Shown piece after piece: positions 50,297-60,090 of a stretch of 64,000 nt of DNA. The DNA lies in NCBI GenBank assembly GCA_964529025.1, contig CAZGUZ010000001.1, positions 70,163 through 134,162 on the forward strand. Reading direction: 5' to 3'. Positions within the stretch are counted from its first letter, which is position 1. The number at the start of each line of letters is the position of its first letter. Position numbers and translations under genes: made by a program. The notes under the pieces are model-generated. The model did no database searches and was not told the DNA's origin. It saw nothing but the letters and a program-made list of their open reading frames with translations. The stretch comes from an uncultured Candidatus Saccharibacteria bacterium (lineage in GTDB: Bacteria; Patescibacteriota; Minisyncoccia; Phycocordibacterales; PALSA-1337).

Positions 50297-51512
50297 TGTT
50301 TCGTAATTTTGGTTCAGGCTGAATCATTACCGCATCCAAAACTTTCGTCTTAAATGATTGAGCAACTGTAGACCAATTATACTGCTTATGCACCATTTCA
50401 TATCCTGAAACAACAACCTTGCGGCGGAGCTTCTGGTCGTGAATATAAAGCTCGATACATTCAGCAACACTCTCGGGCGAATCAATTTCAGCAAAGATGC
50501 CAGTTACTCCATCGGTAAGAAAATCAGGGATACCGCCAATATTTGTTGCAATAACAGGCAAACCTGCAGCCATTGCTTCTAAGAAAGAATTGCCAAGCCC
50601 TTCTGATCTTGATGGTCGCGCAAAAATATCTGCAGCTTGCAAATATGCAGCCATTTCTTCGTGAGGAATTTGACCCAAGAATTTTACTCTATGCTGAACT
50701 TTTTTAAGAGCCGCTCTTTGTTTAAGCTCGGTTTCGAGTTCACCTGAACCAAGAATTGCAAGGTGTACATGCTCTGGCAAATACACGAGCGAATCAATAA
50801 GCGTATCAATGCCATTCTTATGTGTAAGTCGTGATGTAGTAATAACACATACACTTGTTGGCTTTTTATTCATCGCCTCTGCTGCTCGAGCAATATTTGA
50901 AGCAGAAACCGGAGCGGAAATAACCGAGACATCAACACCATTAGGAACCACTTCAACCGGACACAGAGCGCCCATAGTACCAGCAAAACGCTTAAGAAAA
51001 TTTGATATGGCATGCACACGACTTGCTCGTGCAAAAATCTTTCTAAAGAGTGGGTACACGGGTTTCATTTGGCGAACAATTTCTTCTATTGGAATTCCCT
51101 CTTGCAAAGTCACAACATACTTAGGTAGTGGATATATATACGTAAAAAGTACCGAAGCCAAACCAGCATATGCTGCCATTATGCTCCACACGATATCGTA
51201 TGAGTTTTTCTTATGGAGCTTAAGTGCTTCGATAAAAGCAAGTGGTACGTACAAGATTTTACTTACCAAAGAAAGGGTTGAACCATTTTCAAGGGGCTCA
51301 AGTTTAGTGTAGAGCCATGGAATACCAATACGGTACACATTAACTGCACCGATCTTTTCATAAGCAGGATCACCTGCCCCACGAAGAGTTATCATGTCAA
51401 AAGAATATTCCTCTTCAGGAATTCTTTGAGTAATTTCACGAACAGCAACTTCTGCCCCGCCAATATAACGAGGATAGTATGCAAGAGAAAAAATCAGTAC
51501 TTTTCGGGCCAT
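50280..51512 (-). CDS. GT4 glycosyltransferase
   Basis: GGAE, VPNGVD, SRLTHKNG and SEGLGNSFLEAMAAG motifs. Confidence 0.92.
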   Translation of the reverse strand: MARKVLIFSLAYYPRYIGGAEVAVREITQRIPEEEYSFDMITLRGAGDPAYEKIGAVNVYRIGIPWLYTKLEPLENGSTLSLVSKILYVPLAFIEALKLHKKNSYDIVWSIMAAYAGLASVLFTYIYPLPKYVVTLQEGIPIEEIVRQMKPVYPLFRKIFARASRVHAISNFLKRFAGTMGALCPVEVVPNGVDVSVISAPVSASNIARAAEAMNKKPTSVCVITTSRLTHKNGIDTLIDSLVYLPEHVHLAILGSGELETELKQRAALKKVQHRVKFLGQIPHEEMAAYLQAADIFARPSRSEGLGNSFLEAMAAGLPVIATNIGGIPDFLTDGVTGIFAEIDSPESVAECIELYIHDQKLRRKVVVSGYEMVHKQYNWSTVAQSFKTKVLDAVMIQPEPKLRNNEQRA

Positions 51513-51521
51513 GGAAGCATA

Positions 51522-53474
51522 CTACTCTACCTTGAGCACAGACGCCAGTACCTCATGGGGAACCTCTTTTTTAGGAGCTTGCTTTTCTGGCTCGTTCTTA
51601 TGAACAGGCGCATTTTCTGGTGGTCTAAAACCTTCTTTTGGTTTCAATACTATTTTAGGCTTTGGAGATGCAGCTCGATCGGCCATTGGATCATGTTTTG
51701 AATTTTGAGTATGCTGAGAAATTTTTGCCTCATGATGATGAGCCTGCAAATTATGATTCACAGCCTTCTGTGAAATTGGCTCTTTATTTTGAGTTAAAGA
51801 ACTGAGCATATCTTTAAGCGAAGCAAAACCATCCTGAGGATTTGATTCAAGTGGCGGTCGTTGAATTTTTTCTTGTGAATGCGATTGTGGATGTGACTGC
51901 GGCTGCTGCTGTTGTCGTTGTTGCTGTTGCTGAGGCTGGTGTTGAGGTTGCTCTTGAGGTCGTGGTTGTACTTGTGGCTTTTGTTGCACCTGAACTGGAG
52001 CCGCTTGTTGTGTCGGCACTGGCGCAGTACTTACTACCGACTGAGGCTGGACTTTAGGTGACTGGTTTTGAGGTTGAGCTTGTGCCTGAGGTCGTGGCTG
52101 AGACTGTGGTTGCGCCATAGGTGGTCGTACAGCTTTTTCTGTAGGCTTTATACCTTTATTCTTTGGCTTTTTATCTTCAGAACCTGGGAGTGGCTTATGC
52201 CATTCTTCAATGAGCTGCTCTACAGAGGCGCGTGATCGAGCAAATTGCGCTCGAGAAGCAGCAATAACCTTGTCGATAGCAGAATCTTGCGGCAATTTAA
52301 TTGGCTCCATCGTCACAGCCGAAAATGGCTGCGAACTAATTCCATCGATCATGAGCTTTAAATAAATCTGTGCAAAACCAAGGTTCACCATATCTTCTGC
52401 AGTAAACTGTGGAGCAAATTCTTTTTCAAGAACTTCGGCATCGAAAGCGCCGACACGAAAAGCAACCATGGTACCAACGTTACCAAAGACAGCTGCTCGA
52501 ACCTCTTCTTCCATTTGTTCTATGTATTGGTGGGCAACGGTAAGGTTGAGTTTATACTTTCGGGCTTCTGACAAAATGTCTGCAAATGATTCATTGGCAA
52601 AGTTCTGGAATTCGTCCACAAAAAGATAGAAGTTTGGCAAAGTCTTAAGAACTCTGTCGCCCACATCGGCTCGAGACATTGCAGCAAGGTAGATTTTAGT
52701 AATGAGCATTCCACCAAGCAAATTGGCATTTGATTCGCCAATGCGACCCTTAGAAAGGTTAATGATAATAATCTTACGATTATCCATAAGAGCGCGTATA
52801 TCAAATGACGAACGCTCTTGCCCTATCATGTTTCGAATAAGAGCGTTTGCAGTAAACTGTCCGATTTTATTTTGAATTGCAGGAACAGCTTCGGCAGCCA
52901 TACGCTCGGTATAGTTTGCAAATTCATCAAGCCAGAATGATCGCACCGACGGGTCTTTTACATGCGTCAAAACTTGATCACGATACGCCTTGTCAGACAA
53001 CATACGGTTTACACCAAGGAGTGTTGCTCCGGGGAACTCGAGTAAAGCAAGGAGAGTATTCGTAAGAATGTATTCCATTCGAGCAGACCAAGCATCTTGC
53101 CAAATCTTTTTGAATGTACTCATAAGACCAGCCACTACAAGATGTCGTTTGTCCTGGTCTACCTGTTCGAGCACATTGAATGAAATAGGATACTCCATAT
53201 CGAATGGAGCAAAGTACACAACATCTTTTGCTCGTGACTCTGGAATATATTCAAGAAGAAGTTCTGCCGTTTTGCCGTGAGGGTCGATGAAAGCAAAACC
53301 TTCGCCATTCTTAATATCTTGAACAGCCATGTTTTCAAGTAAGGTCGACTTACCCATACCTGTTTTTCCAATTACGTACACATGTCGAGTACGGTCTTTG
53401 GCTTTGATACCAAAAGGCGTTCGCTTATTGCGAGAATCTGTGTACGCGAAATATGTAACACGATTTTCGTCCAT
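51522..53474 (-). CDS. VirD4/TraD-like type IV coupling ATPase with Gln/Pro-rich C-terminal tail
   Basis: Walker A GKTGMGKS, IDPHG, Walker B LFVDEFQNF and SEARKYKL..AHQY. Confidence 0.88.
   Translation of the reverse strand: MDENRVTYFAYTDSRNKRTPFGIKAKDRTRHVYVIGKTGMGKSTLLENMAVQDIKNGEGFAFIDPHGKTAELLLEYIPESRAKDVVYFAPFDMEYPISFNVLEQVDQDKRHLVVAGLMSTFKKIWQDAWSARMEYILTNTLLALLEFPGATLLGVNRMLSDKAYRDQVLTHVKDPSVRSFWLDEFANYTERMAAEAVPAIQNKIGQFTANALIRNMIGQERSSFDIRALMDNRKIIIINLSKGRIGESNANLLGGMLITKIYLAAMSRADVGDRVLKTLPNFYLFVDEFQNFANESFADILSEARKYKLNLTVAHQYIEQMEEEVRAAVFGNVGTMVAFRVGAFDAEVLEKEFAPQFTAEDMVNLGFAQIYLKLMIDGISSQPFSAVTMEPIKLPQDSAIDKVIAASRAQFARSRASVEQLIEEWHKPLPGSEDKKPKNKGIKPTEKAVRPPMAQPQSQPRPQAQAQPQNQSPKVQPQSVVSTAPVPTQQAAPVQVQQKPQVQPRPQEQPQHQPQQQQQRQQQQPQSHPQSHSQEKIQRPPLESNPQDGFASLKDMLSSLTQNKEPISQKAVNHNLQAHHHEAKISQHTQNSKHDPMADRAASPKPKIVLKPKEGFRPPENAPVHKNEPEKQAPKKEVPHEVLASVLKVE
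51850..52125 (-). repeat. Low-complexity Gln/Pro-rich coding tract
   Basis: AQPQSQPRPQAQAQPQ...QPQQQQQRQQQQPQSHPQ. Confidence 0.8.
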
Positions 53475-53529
53475 ATAGAAAGAAATTAATACCTGTATAG
53501 TATACCACGCTTTTTATATTGAAATGTGA

Positions 53530-53565
53530 CAAATAAACAACCCCACACGCATTGCGCGTGTGGGG
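53530..53565 (-). terminator. Intrinsic terminator
   Basis: CCCCACACGC/GCGTGTGGGG 10-bp stem followed on the minus strand by TTGTTTATTT. Confidence 0.75.
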
Positions 53566-53883
53566 TGTCGGGTCGAAGTACGTGAGATCACTTCAACCCA
53601 CAACTTTGCCTGATCTCACCCGAGTGAGTAAAGGCTCCGCTCGGACGTGAGAGCTGTCTAGGTTCACGACCAAGAACACTCCTAATGATCGTTGCGGCGG
53701 GGATGTTTGTAGGGACAACTCCCTCTCCGGGAGTCTGACCGATAGTGGCTACTTTTACAGCGCCACCTCTTACAGGTTCTGAAGGTTTCATTGCTACAAA
53801 CACACTACACCCGCCACTATAACTTGTAAAGTGTTTATAACTGTATTTTCCACAACGAACGACGGCCGAGTGCCACCTTACAA
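53541..53883 (-). ncRNA. Candidate ~340-nt structured RNA with possible pseudoknot, class unknown
   Basis: Several 9-10 bp helices, two interleaved stems at 53570-53619, and a terminator at its minus-strand 3' end. Confidence 0.45.
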
Positions 53884-53890
53884 TAATTTT

Positions 53891-55051
53891 TTATTCCGGT
53901 AGATACGCTCCTGCTGTATAACGATTCGAAGCATTCCACACAAGCCAGCCATTCAAACCAACATCGTATGTTGCTTGAATCTGGGCTCGAATCATTTCGG
54001 GAGTATATGTCGTGCCACCAATACTAAAATCTTGTATCCATGGTCGTAATTTTTGTGGCGAGGTGCTTGCTGCAACTGCTCTCTCAACCGCTTTTGACAT
54101 TGCATACTGAATAATTTCATACGGCTTCTCTGCTGGCTTTTTATATCCATTAAAATTTGGTGGGTAGTGTGATGGGTACACCATTGGATACACATAATCA
54201 AAATAGGTTAAAGCTGGTTCAAGGAGTTGACCAATACCTAAGTCATCAGTATTCGAAGTAGTCATACCAAAAAGATCAGCAGAAAGGGGCACACCAAGAT
54301 CACCGAGGTCGTCGCGTACAAATTTAAAGTACGAAGTAAGAACTTCTGAGCGTACTCTCTTGCCCGCATAAGGATATACAATATTTGCCATATCGCCATC
54401 CGAAGGAAAACGTATATAGTCAAAATTAATTTCGCCAAAGCCTCTATCATATGATTCGCGAGCAATCATAGAAATATAGTGCCAATATGGTTCAGCTGCT
54501 GCATCAATCCAACTTACACCCTTAAAATCTTTCCAAATTTGATTATCACTCTTGCGTCGAACGGCCCACTCAGGGTGATGCGTTACCATGTATGAATCTT
54601 GGAAAATAGAGATGCGTCCAATTATATAAATATTCTTAGAATGAAGCTCATCAATGAGTGCGTCGATATCGGTTATACGATTTTCCCACGACTTAAACTC
54701 TTTAAGTTTTTCATTGCGGGGCTCGAAACTAATTTTTCCTGTATAGTCTTTAACATCAATAACAACAGCATTGATTTCGGTTTCATCAATGAGTTTAATT
54801 AATTTATTGCGTAGCTCTGGATTCCCCGCCACCCAGCTCGTCATATAAATTGCTTTTACAGATTCTGGTGTTTTTACTCGCTCTGGGCGAACTGGCTTTA
54901 TTGGTTCCGAATGTATTGCAGACTGAACTGCGCTCACAATGCCCGATGAATCAGGAACGACACGCAAAGGAAAGAAATATGAAACCGCATGAAAGACACC
55001 AATTATAACGACGAGGGCAATAATTGCTATCGATATGCGGATCGGTATCAT
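53891..55051 (-). CDS. Putative glycoside hydrolase (DUF4015-like TIM barrel), membrane-anchored
   Basis: NAVVIDVKD, EINFDYIRFP, SADLFG, PMVYPSHY and RPWIQDF motifs. Confidence 0.8.
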   Translation of the reverse strand: MIPIRISIAIIALVVIIGVFHAVSYFFPLRVVPDSSGIVSAVQSAIHSEPIKPVRPERVKTPESVKAIYMTSWVAGNPELRNKLIKLIDETEINAVVIDVKDYTGKISFEPRNEKLKEFKSWENRITDIDALIDELHSKNIYIIGRISIFQDSYMVTHHPEWAVRRKSDNQIWKDFKGVSWIDAAAEPYWHYISMIARESYDRGFGEINFDYIRFPSDGDMANIVYPYAGKRVRSEVLTSYFKFVRDDLGDLGVPLSADLFGMTTSNTDDLGIGQLLEPALTYFDYVYPMVYPSHYPPNFNGYKKPAEKPYEIIQYAMSKAVERAVAASTSPQKLRPWIQDFSIGGTTYTPEMIRAQIQATYDVGLNGWLVWNASNRYTAGAYLPE

Positions 55052-55377
55052 ACGTTTTGTTGTTCACTTTTTGACTCACCTTGCTCCTCGGTTGATACTG
55101 CAGCTGATACTTCGGTCTCAGCTTCTGTTTCAGTTTCTGTTTCAGCTGCCACTTTGACTACTGGTTCATCTATTGCTTCGGCTTTTTTCTCGGCTGGTAT
55201 TTCCACTTTTTTATTTGAGAAAACTTGATACGTCAAAAAAATAATTACTAGAGCAAGAAGTACCGTTACCGAGGTTCGGAGTAATGAAGGAAACCCTGGT
55301 ATATGCATAATAAGAATTCCTGCTGCAAGAAAATAAAAGAAAGACTGTGGTCGGGATGATGTGGAAATATTTTTCAT
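55048..55377 (-). CDS. Hypothetical two-TM protein with acidic tail
   Basis: Two hydrophobic segments then an E/T/A-rich tail. Stop overlaps the next start (ATGA). Confidence 0.65.
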   Translation of the reverse strand: MKNISTSSRPQSFFYFLAAGILIMHIPGFPSLLRTSVTVLLALVIIFLTYQVFSNKKVEIPAEKKAEAIDEPVVKVAAETETETEAETEVSAAVSTEEQGESKSEQQNV

Positions 55378-55438
55378 ACAATAAAATCTGAAAGTGAAAT
55401 ATACCTTATATTACCACCGGTTTTGGATTTTAATGTAG

Positions 55439-55469
55439 AAAAAAGGCGCTGTTTTGTGGACAACGCCTT
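55439..55469 (-). terminator. Intrinsic terminator
   Basis: Minus strand AAGGCGTTGT-CCACAAA-ACAGCGCCTT-TTTT. Confidence 0.65.
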
Positions 55470-55857
55470 ATGCCGCAACCTGCTCATGTGGTTGCCATAA
55501 CCTATCAAACATACCCATGATTGCTCCAATAAAAATTTCTTGGGTATTGTCGTTAAGGCAAAGTATTAATTGCCCCGCTTCGTCAAACCTTCTCTGTCCC
55601 ATCAAAAACTGAATTGTTGGTGGTAGTGCATTGCTGCACAGAGTTGGATTCGAAAAGAGTTCAGGGTGCTTCCCGTATGCCGCCACAACAACAGAGTGGC
55701 AGTCAGAGGCAAGAGGAATCCTTGCTATATAGGCAAAAAAGTTTTGCTGAATTACAAACAGCGACACTCTTTCGCCTCGACCACATTCGGCCACCTGTTG
55801 TGCAAACTCTCGTATTGCACCCAGATGACGGCGAACTGCCGTAGATGCAATGTTCAT
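55468..55857 (-). CDS. Hypothetical protein
   Basis: 129 aa ORF filling the gap, TAGAAT 7 nt before ATG and a terminator after the stop. No recognisable motif. Confidence 0.55.
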   Translation of the reverse strand: MNIASTAVRRHLGAIREFAQQVAECGRGERVSLFVIQQNFFAYIARIPLASDCHSVVVAAYGKHPELFSNPTLCSNALPPTIQFLMGQRRFDEAGQLILCLNDNTQEIFIGAIMGMFDRLWQPHEQVAA

Positions 55858-55867
55858 TTATATAATT

Positions 55868-56596
55868 CTACGATTTTTGAGCTGGAGACACAATAACGAC
55901 AAATTCGCCACGAGTAAGGTCGGGGTTATGAGTTAAGGCTTGAGCAACGTCATGCGGAGTGCCTTGGATAACGTTTTCAAACACCTTTGTGATTTCTTTA
56001 ACAAGAGTTATGGTCACTGGAGTCTCACCGAAGGTGAGCGCGAGCGAAGCGAGCGCTTTTTCAATGCGATGAGTTGATTCATAAAAAATACATGTGCGCT
56101 CTTTTTCAACCACCTCACTCAATATTGTTTTCCAAAGAGTTTCCCTTCCCTTCTTATGCGGAGCAAAACCAAAAAATACACTTGGAGCAGTAGGAACGCC
56201 GGCAATAGATAGAGCGGCAGTTAAAGCCGAAGCTCCAGGAATAGCTTCAATATGAACAGGTTCTAAGCCACGCCCCACCCGCTCAAGCGAATAAGAACGA
56301 ATTCGCGCCACGAGCTCTGCACCAGGATCCGAAATACCAGGAGTTCCAGCATCAGAGACAACGGCCAAATTTTTGCCTTCTTCAAGAAGATTAATTATAT
56401 GACCTACTTTTGTAGAATCACTATGTGCGTGATAGCTCAATGTTTGTGTGCCAATATTGTGGAGCGATAAAATTTTTCTTGTTTCGCGAGTATCTTCACA
56501 TAAAATAACATCCGCATTACGAAGAGTTTCGAGAGCGCGGAGAGTAATATCATTCATATTACCTATAGGAGTTGCAACAATTGAGACTCGTACCAT
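55868..56596 (-). CDS. rsmI: 16S rRNA (cytidine-1402-2'-O)-methyltransferase
   Basis: VATPIGN, CEDTR, SDAGTPGISDPG, FYESTHR and KEITKVFE motifs. Confidence 0.95.
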   Translation of the reverse strand: MVRVSIVATPIGNMNDITLRALETLRNADVILCEDTRETRKILSLHNIGTQTLSYHAHSDSTKVGHIINLLEEGKNLAVVSDAGTPGISDPGAELVARIRSYSLERVGRGLEPVHIEAIPGASALTAALSIAGVPTAPSVFFGFAPHKKGRETLWKTILSEVVEKERTCIFYESTHRIEKALASLALTFGETPVTITLVKEITKVFENVIQGTPHDVAQALTHNPDLTRGEFVVIVSPAQKS

Positions 56597-56744
56597 ATAA
56601 ATATTATACTACACTTATACAACAAAATCAAGTAATTTGGTAATGTGTATTCGCATTTGACGGTCTCCTATGGTCGACACATTAAATCTGTTTGTACATC
56701 ACCCACTCATTCCCTCACTCGCTAGAAAATGCTAGTATCGTAGT

Positions 56745-58085
56745 ATGAACTTTCTTTCTTTCCTCCTCGGGAAAAAGCGTGGTTATAACCCCCGCCACAA
56801 ACGCACTCATACAGTAGCGCCTTTGCCTTTAGTGTATGTTGTTAAAGATATTGAGCGAGCAGTGGGATCTTTTCCTTTTAATTACTATATCGTGACAACA
56901 AATTCTCCTTTGGCACAGATGTATAAATCTACTTATCCAGAAAAGATTTTTATTGTTCGCCCAACATCGCAAGTATTAAATACCTATACCCTACTCCAGC
57001 ACCAAGACACGCACGATGCGATTAAAGAAATTCAAAAAAAACACGGCACACAACCCGATGTTATTGTTTTTCTTAATACAGAAAGAATTCGTGCATATGC
57101 AGAATCTTGTGGACTTAAAATTGCCAATCCTTCACCTTCACAGAGTGAGAAGATTGAGCACAAAATTAGATTAGTAGAATGGCTTGGTAAAGATGTTGAT
57201 CTTTTACCAGAACATCGAGTAGGAAAACTTTCAGCACTCCAGCCTTTCAAATACCCCTTTATTTTGCAGTGGGGTCTTGGTCATACCGGAAACAATACCG
57301 AAACAATTTCAGACAGTTCGACTTTTAATGCCTATGTACAAAAATTTCCTGAGCGAGAGGCGCGCATAACACAAATCATTCATGGTCCAACGATTACGGT
57401 AAATCTTGTTACCGACAATAGAATTACTCATTGTGGTTCACCGAGCTATCAGATTACAGGACTTCGACCATGGACCGATACTGATTGGAGTACTGTTGGT
57501 AATGACTGGGCACTCGGCGCTCACCTTGTTCATCTTTATGGAGAACTACCTTTCCGAAGACTCGTTAAAAGAATTGCTGAGCGAATGTCAGACTCAGGTT
57601 GGCACGGGCTCTACGGACTCGACATCGTAATTGATACCGAAGCTCCTCCAGAGCAGCGTTTTAAGCTCATCGAAATTAATGCTCGCCAGGCAGCATCGGT
57701 CACCTTCGAGTCGGAGCTCGCCCGAAATCATCTTCGTGATATCGAACAACCAACACTCTTTGATCTTCATATCGAAGCATTGCGATCTACCGAGCCGCGC
57801 AATAGCCATAAGCCACACACGCTTGAGTTTATGCCCTACATTAAAAATGGTGCTCAGCTCGTACAAAGAATTACACGCGACCGTGCTCTTGCTCCGCACA
57901 TTCCACACCTCACCGATCATATGTATACATGGAAAATAATTTCATATGATAATAAAGAGCACCTCGAAGACATGCTCAGAGTTCAAACATACGGAAACTT
58001 TATGACCGAGCATAATAAGCTCTCACCCGAAGGTCTTGCCCTCAAAGCACTCCTTAATAAACACATTAATTCAGAAAAACTGTAG
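56745..58085 (+). CDS. ATP-grasp domain protein (putative amino-acid/peptide ligase)
   Basis: PFILQWGLGHTG loop, GLYGLDIVID and LIEINARQAAS (ExNxR). Confidence 0.75.
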   Translation: MNFLSFLLGKKRGYNPRHKRTHTVAPLPLVYVVKDIERAVGSFPFNYYIVTTNSPLAQMYKSTYPEKIFIVRPTSQVLNTYTLLQHQDTHDAIKEIQKKHGTQPDVIVFLNTERIRAYAESCGLKIANPSPSQSEKIEHKIRLVEWLGKDVDLLPEHRVGKLSALQPFKYPFILQWGLGHTGNNTETISDSSTFNAYVQKFPEREARITQIIHGPTITVNLVTDNRITHCGSPSYQITGLRPWTDTDWSTVGNDWALGAHLVHLYGELPFRRLVKRIAERMSDSGWHGLYGLDIVIDTEAPPEQRFKLIEINARQAASVTFESELARNHLRDIEQPTLFDLHIEALRSTEPRNSHKPHTLEFMPYIKNGAQLVQRITRDRALAPHIPHLTDHMYTWKIISYDNKEHLEDMLRVQTYGNFMTEHNKLSPEGLALKALLNKHINSEKL

Positions 58086-58117
58086 TACTCGCAGCACTCT
58101 TATAGTAATATCAGTAT

Positions 58118-58909
58118 ATGAACACGCGAACCCTGAGCACAGAAGCACAGAAAGTTATTCAAGCCTACGAGCAATTTTGTCTTGGCGGCACTTGCGTTCG
58201 TGTACCCTATTTTAATAATAAAAAAGCAGGTTCACGCCGAGCACTACCGAGCCAAATCGGCAAAGGTAATCCAAAAGAAATTGAGGATGAAATTCTTCTG
58301 ACACTCAAAAAGACTCGCGAAAATGTGGGTAACCTTAACCCACAGAACCTTACCGATATTATGGTTTCTGAATCGATTGGCATTGACTGCTCAGGCTATG
58401 CACTCTATGTTCTCGATGCTGAATCTCGATCAAGGGGCAAAGGTGGCATTGATCGACATCTTTCTTTTCCTCTTGCGGGCAATATTTTTATGCGGATACT
58501 TGCGCACATTCACCCAGCAACAAATACTAATGTTGCAACATTTGCACATATAAAAAATAGTGCCGAAATTAAACTCAATGATGCTATGCCTGGCGACATC
58601 ATTACGATACTCAATACAGCGCAGAGCGAGCGTAATCACATTCTTATTGTTACTAATGTTGATTATCAAAACTTTGTACCTACAGCAATTTACTACACAC
58701 ATTCAATTGCTTGGCCAAGTGATGGAACTCATAACCACGGAATTCGCCATGGAAAAATCATCATAACTGACATTGCCCGCCCCATTACCGAACAACAGTG
58801 GCTCGAAACTCATTCAGAAAATAGCCAAACAGGTACTCCAGAAAAAAACTATACCCATGAGCGAGCAAATCAGGGTGTAACAACCCTACGCCGACTTAAC
58901 TGGTTTTAA
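58118..58909 (+). CDS. NlpC/P60-superfamily cysteine hydrolase, no signal peptide
   Basis: GIDCSGY, PGDII and NHILIV motifs. Confidence 0.72.
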   Translation: MNTRTLSTEAQKVIQAYEQFCLGGTCVRVPYFNNKKAGSRRALPSQIGKGNPKEIEDEILLTLKKTRENVGNLNPQNLTDIMVSESIGIDCSGYALYVLDAESRSRGKGGIDRHLSFPLAGNIFMRILAHIHPATNTNVATFAHIKNSAEIKLNDAMPGDIITILNTAQSERNHILIVTNVDYQNFVPTAIYYTHSIAWPSDGTHNHGIRHGKIIITDIARPITEQQWLETHSENSQTGTPEKNYTHERANQGVTTLRRLNWF

Positions 58910-58939
58910 CTCGTTTTTTTTGCTATTCTTGCTCTATCT

Positions 58940-60064
58940 ATGGCTGAATCAAATGCAGTGCAAGAACTTATTGTTATATTGTCTTTCCTCATTGGCTCCT
59001 CTCTTTTTGCTTTTGCTTGGTCTCCACTTTTGAGCCACCTCCTCTACAAGTACAAAGTAATTAAAAGCCCTAAGGTAGAACTTACACACACCCACACAGA
59101 CACAGTCAAAGCAAAGACCCCAATCATGGGTGGCATCCTTGTTATACTCACCGTTGCCATCATTACGTATGCATTTAACTGGGAGCGCAGCTTTACCTGG
59201 GTACCTATTGGCGTCATGTTGCTTGCCGCTGGTCTTGGAGCTATTGATGACCTCCTCAACATTTACGGAACACGCCGAAGAAATCGTAGCGTAGCCCAAG
59301 TCCTTACCCTTATACGAGTGCATCAAAATTATTTTGTACGTTTATGGCTCCTCATTACTCTGCCTTGGACAATTATTAAAAGAATCTCTCTTGTTTTTGG
59401 TTCACACCCAGGTAAGGGTGTTTACGTGCATGAAAAACTCCTCTTTCAATTTCTTGCTGGTGGAATAGCAGCATGGTGGATTTATTTCAAGCTTGGTCCC
59501 GCTTGGCACTTTTTGAATATTCCTTTTGTTGGGCAGTACCATGTTGGCTGGCTCATTATTCCTATCATTATTTTTATGATTATGTTTACCGCAAATGCAG
59601 TAAACATTGCGGATGGTATGGATGGCCTAGCTGGCGGCATGCTTATTCCAACCTATGGAGCACTTGCCCTTTTGAGTTGGACAAGTGGTTTTACTGAACT
59701 TACGGTTCTTAATGCTACCGTAGTTGGCGCCCTTGTTACCTACACTTATTTTAATATTAAACCTGCGCGCTTTATGATGGGCGATGTGGGCTCTTTAGGC
59801 TTAGGTGCACTTCTTGCAATTAACGCTTTAGCAATTGGCGAAAACGTAAGTCTACTATTTTTGGCTTTTGTATTTTATGTAGAAGCTACAACAGTGATCA
59901 TTCAAGTACTCGGAAGAATCTTGCTTAAGCGCAGAATATTCCGCATGGCACCACTTCATCACCACTTCGAACTCATAGGTTGGAGCGAAGAAAAAACCAT
60001 TATGCGATTCTGGATCGTTCACGCTCTCATGGTTCTCGTCGGTATTTGGATTTCAATTCAATAA
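58940..60064 (+). CDS. mraY: Phospho-N-acetylmuramoyl-pentapeptide transferase-like protein (divergent)
   Basis: TPIMGG, IDD, NAVNIADGMDGLA, PARFMMGDVGS and MAPLHHHFE motifs. Confidence 0.88.
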   Translation: MAESNAVQELIVILSFLIGSSLFAFAWSPLLSHLLYKYKVIKSPKVELTHTHTDTVKAKTPIMGGILVILTVAIITYAFNWERSFTWVPIGVMLLAAGLGAIDDLLNIYGTRRRNRSVAQVLTLIRVHQNYFVRLWLLITLPWTIIKRISLVFGSHPGKGVYVHEKLLFQFLAGGIAAWWIYFKLGPAWHFLNIPFVGQYHVGWLIIPIIIFMIMFTANAVNIADGMDGLAGGMLIPTYGALALLSWTSGFTELTVLNATVVGALVTYTYFNIKPARFMMGDVGSLGLGALLAINALAIGENVSLLFLAFVFYVEATTVIIQVLGRILLKRRIFRMAPLHHHFELIGWSEEKTIMRFWIVHALMVLVGIWISIQ

Positions 60065-60090
60065 TTTCATTCTGTAACAGCACACATTGT

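Noticed and set aside
51522-53474. Conjugative element or ICE
   Set aside because: No relaxase, VirB4, integrase or att-like repeats, and the flanks are ordinary chromosomal genes.
53588-53803. 71-aa ORF, and TPP- or cobalamin-riboswitch-like words (GAACCTG, GCCACT)
   Set aside because: The ORF has a GTG start and no recognisable features. The other required riboswitch elements (CUGAGA, the GGGAA/B12 box) are missing.
56641-56696. TAATGTGT/ACACATTA hairpin in the rsmI / ATP-grasp divergent gap
   Set aside because: A single 8-bp AT-rich stem; too weak to call an RNA element without comparative data.
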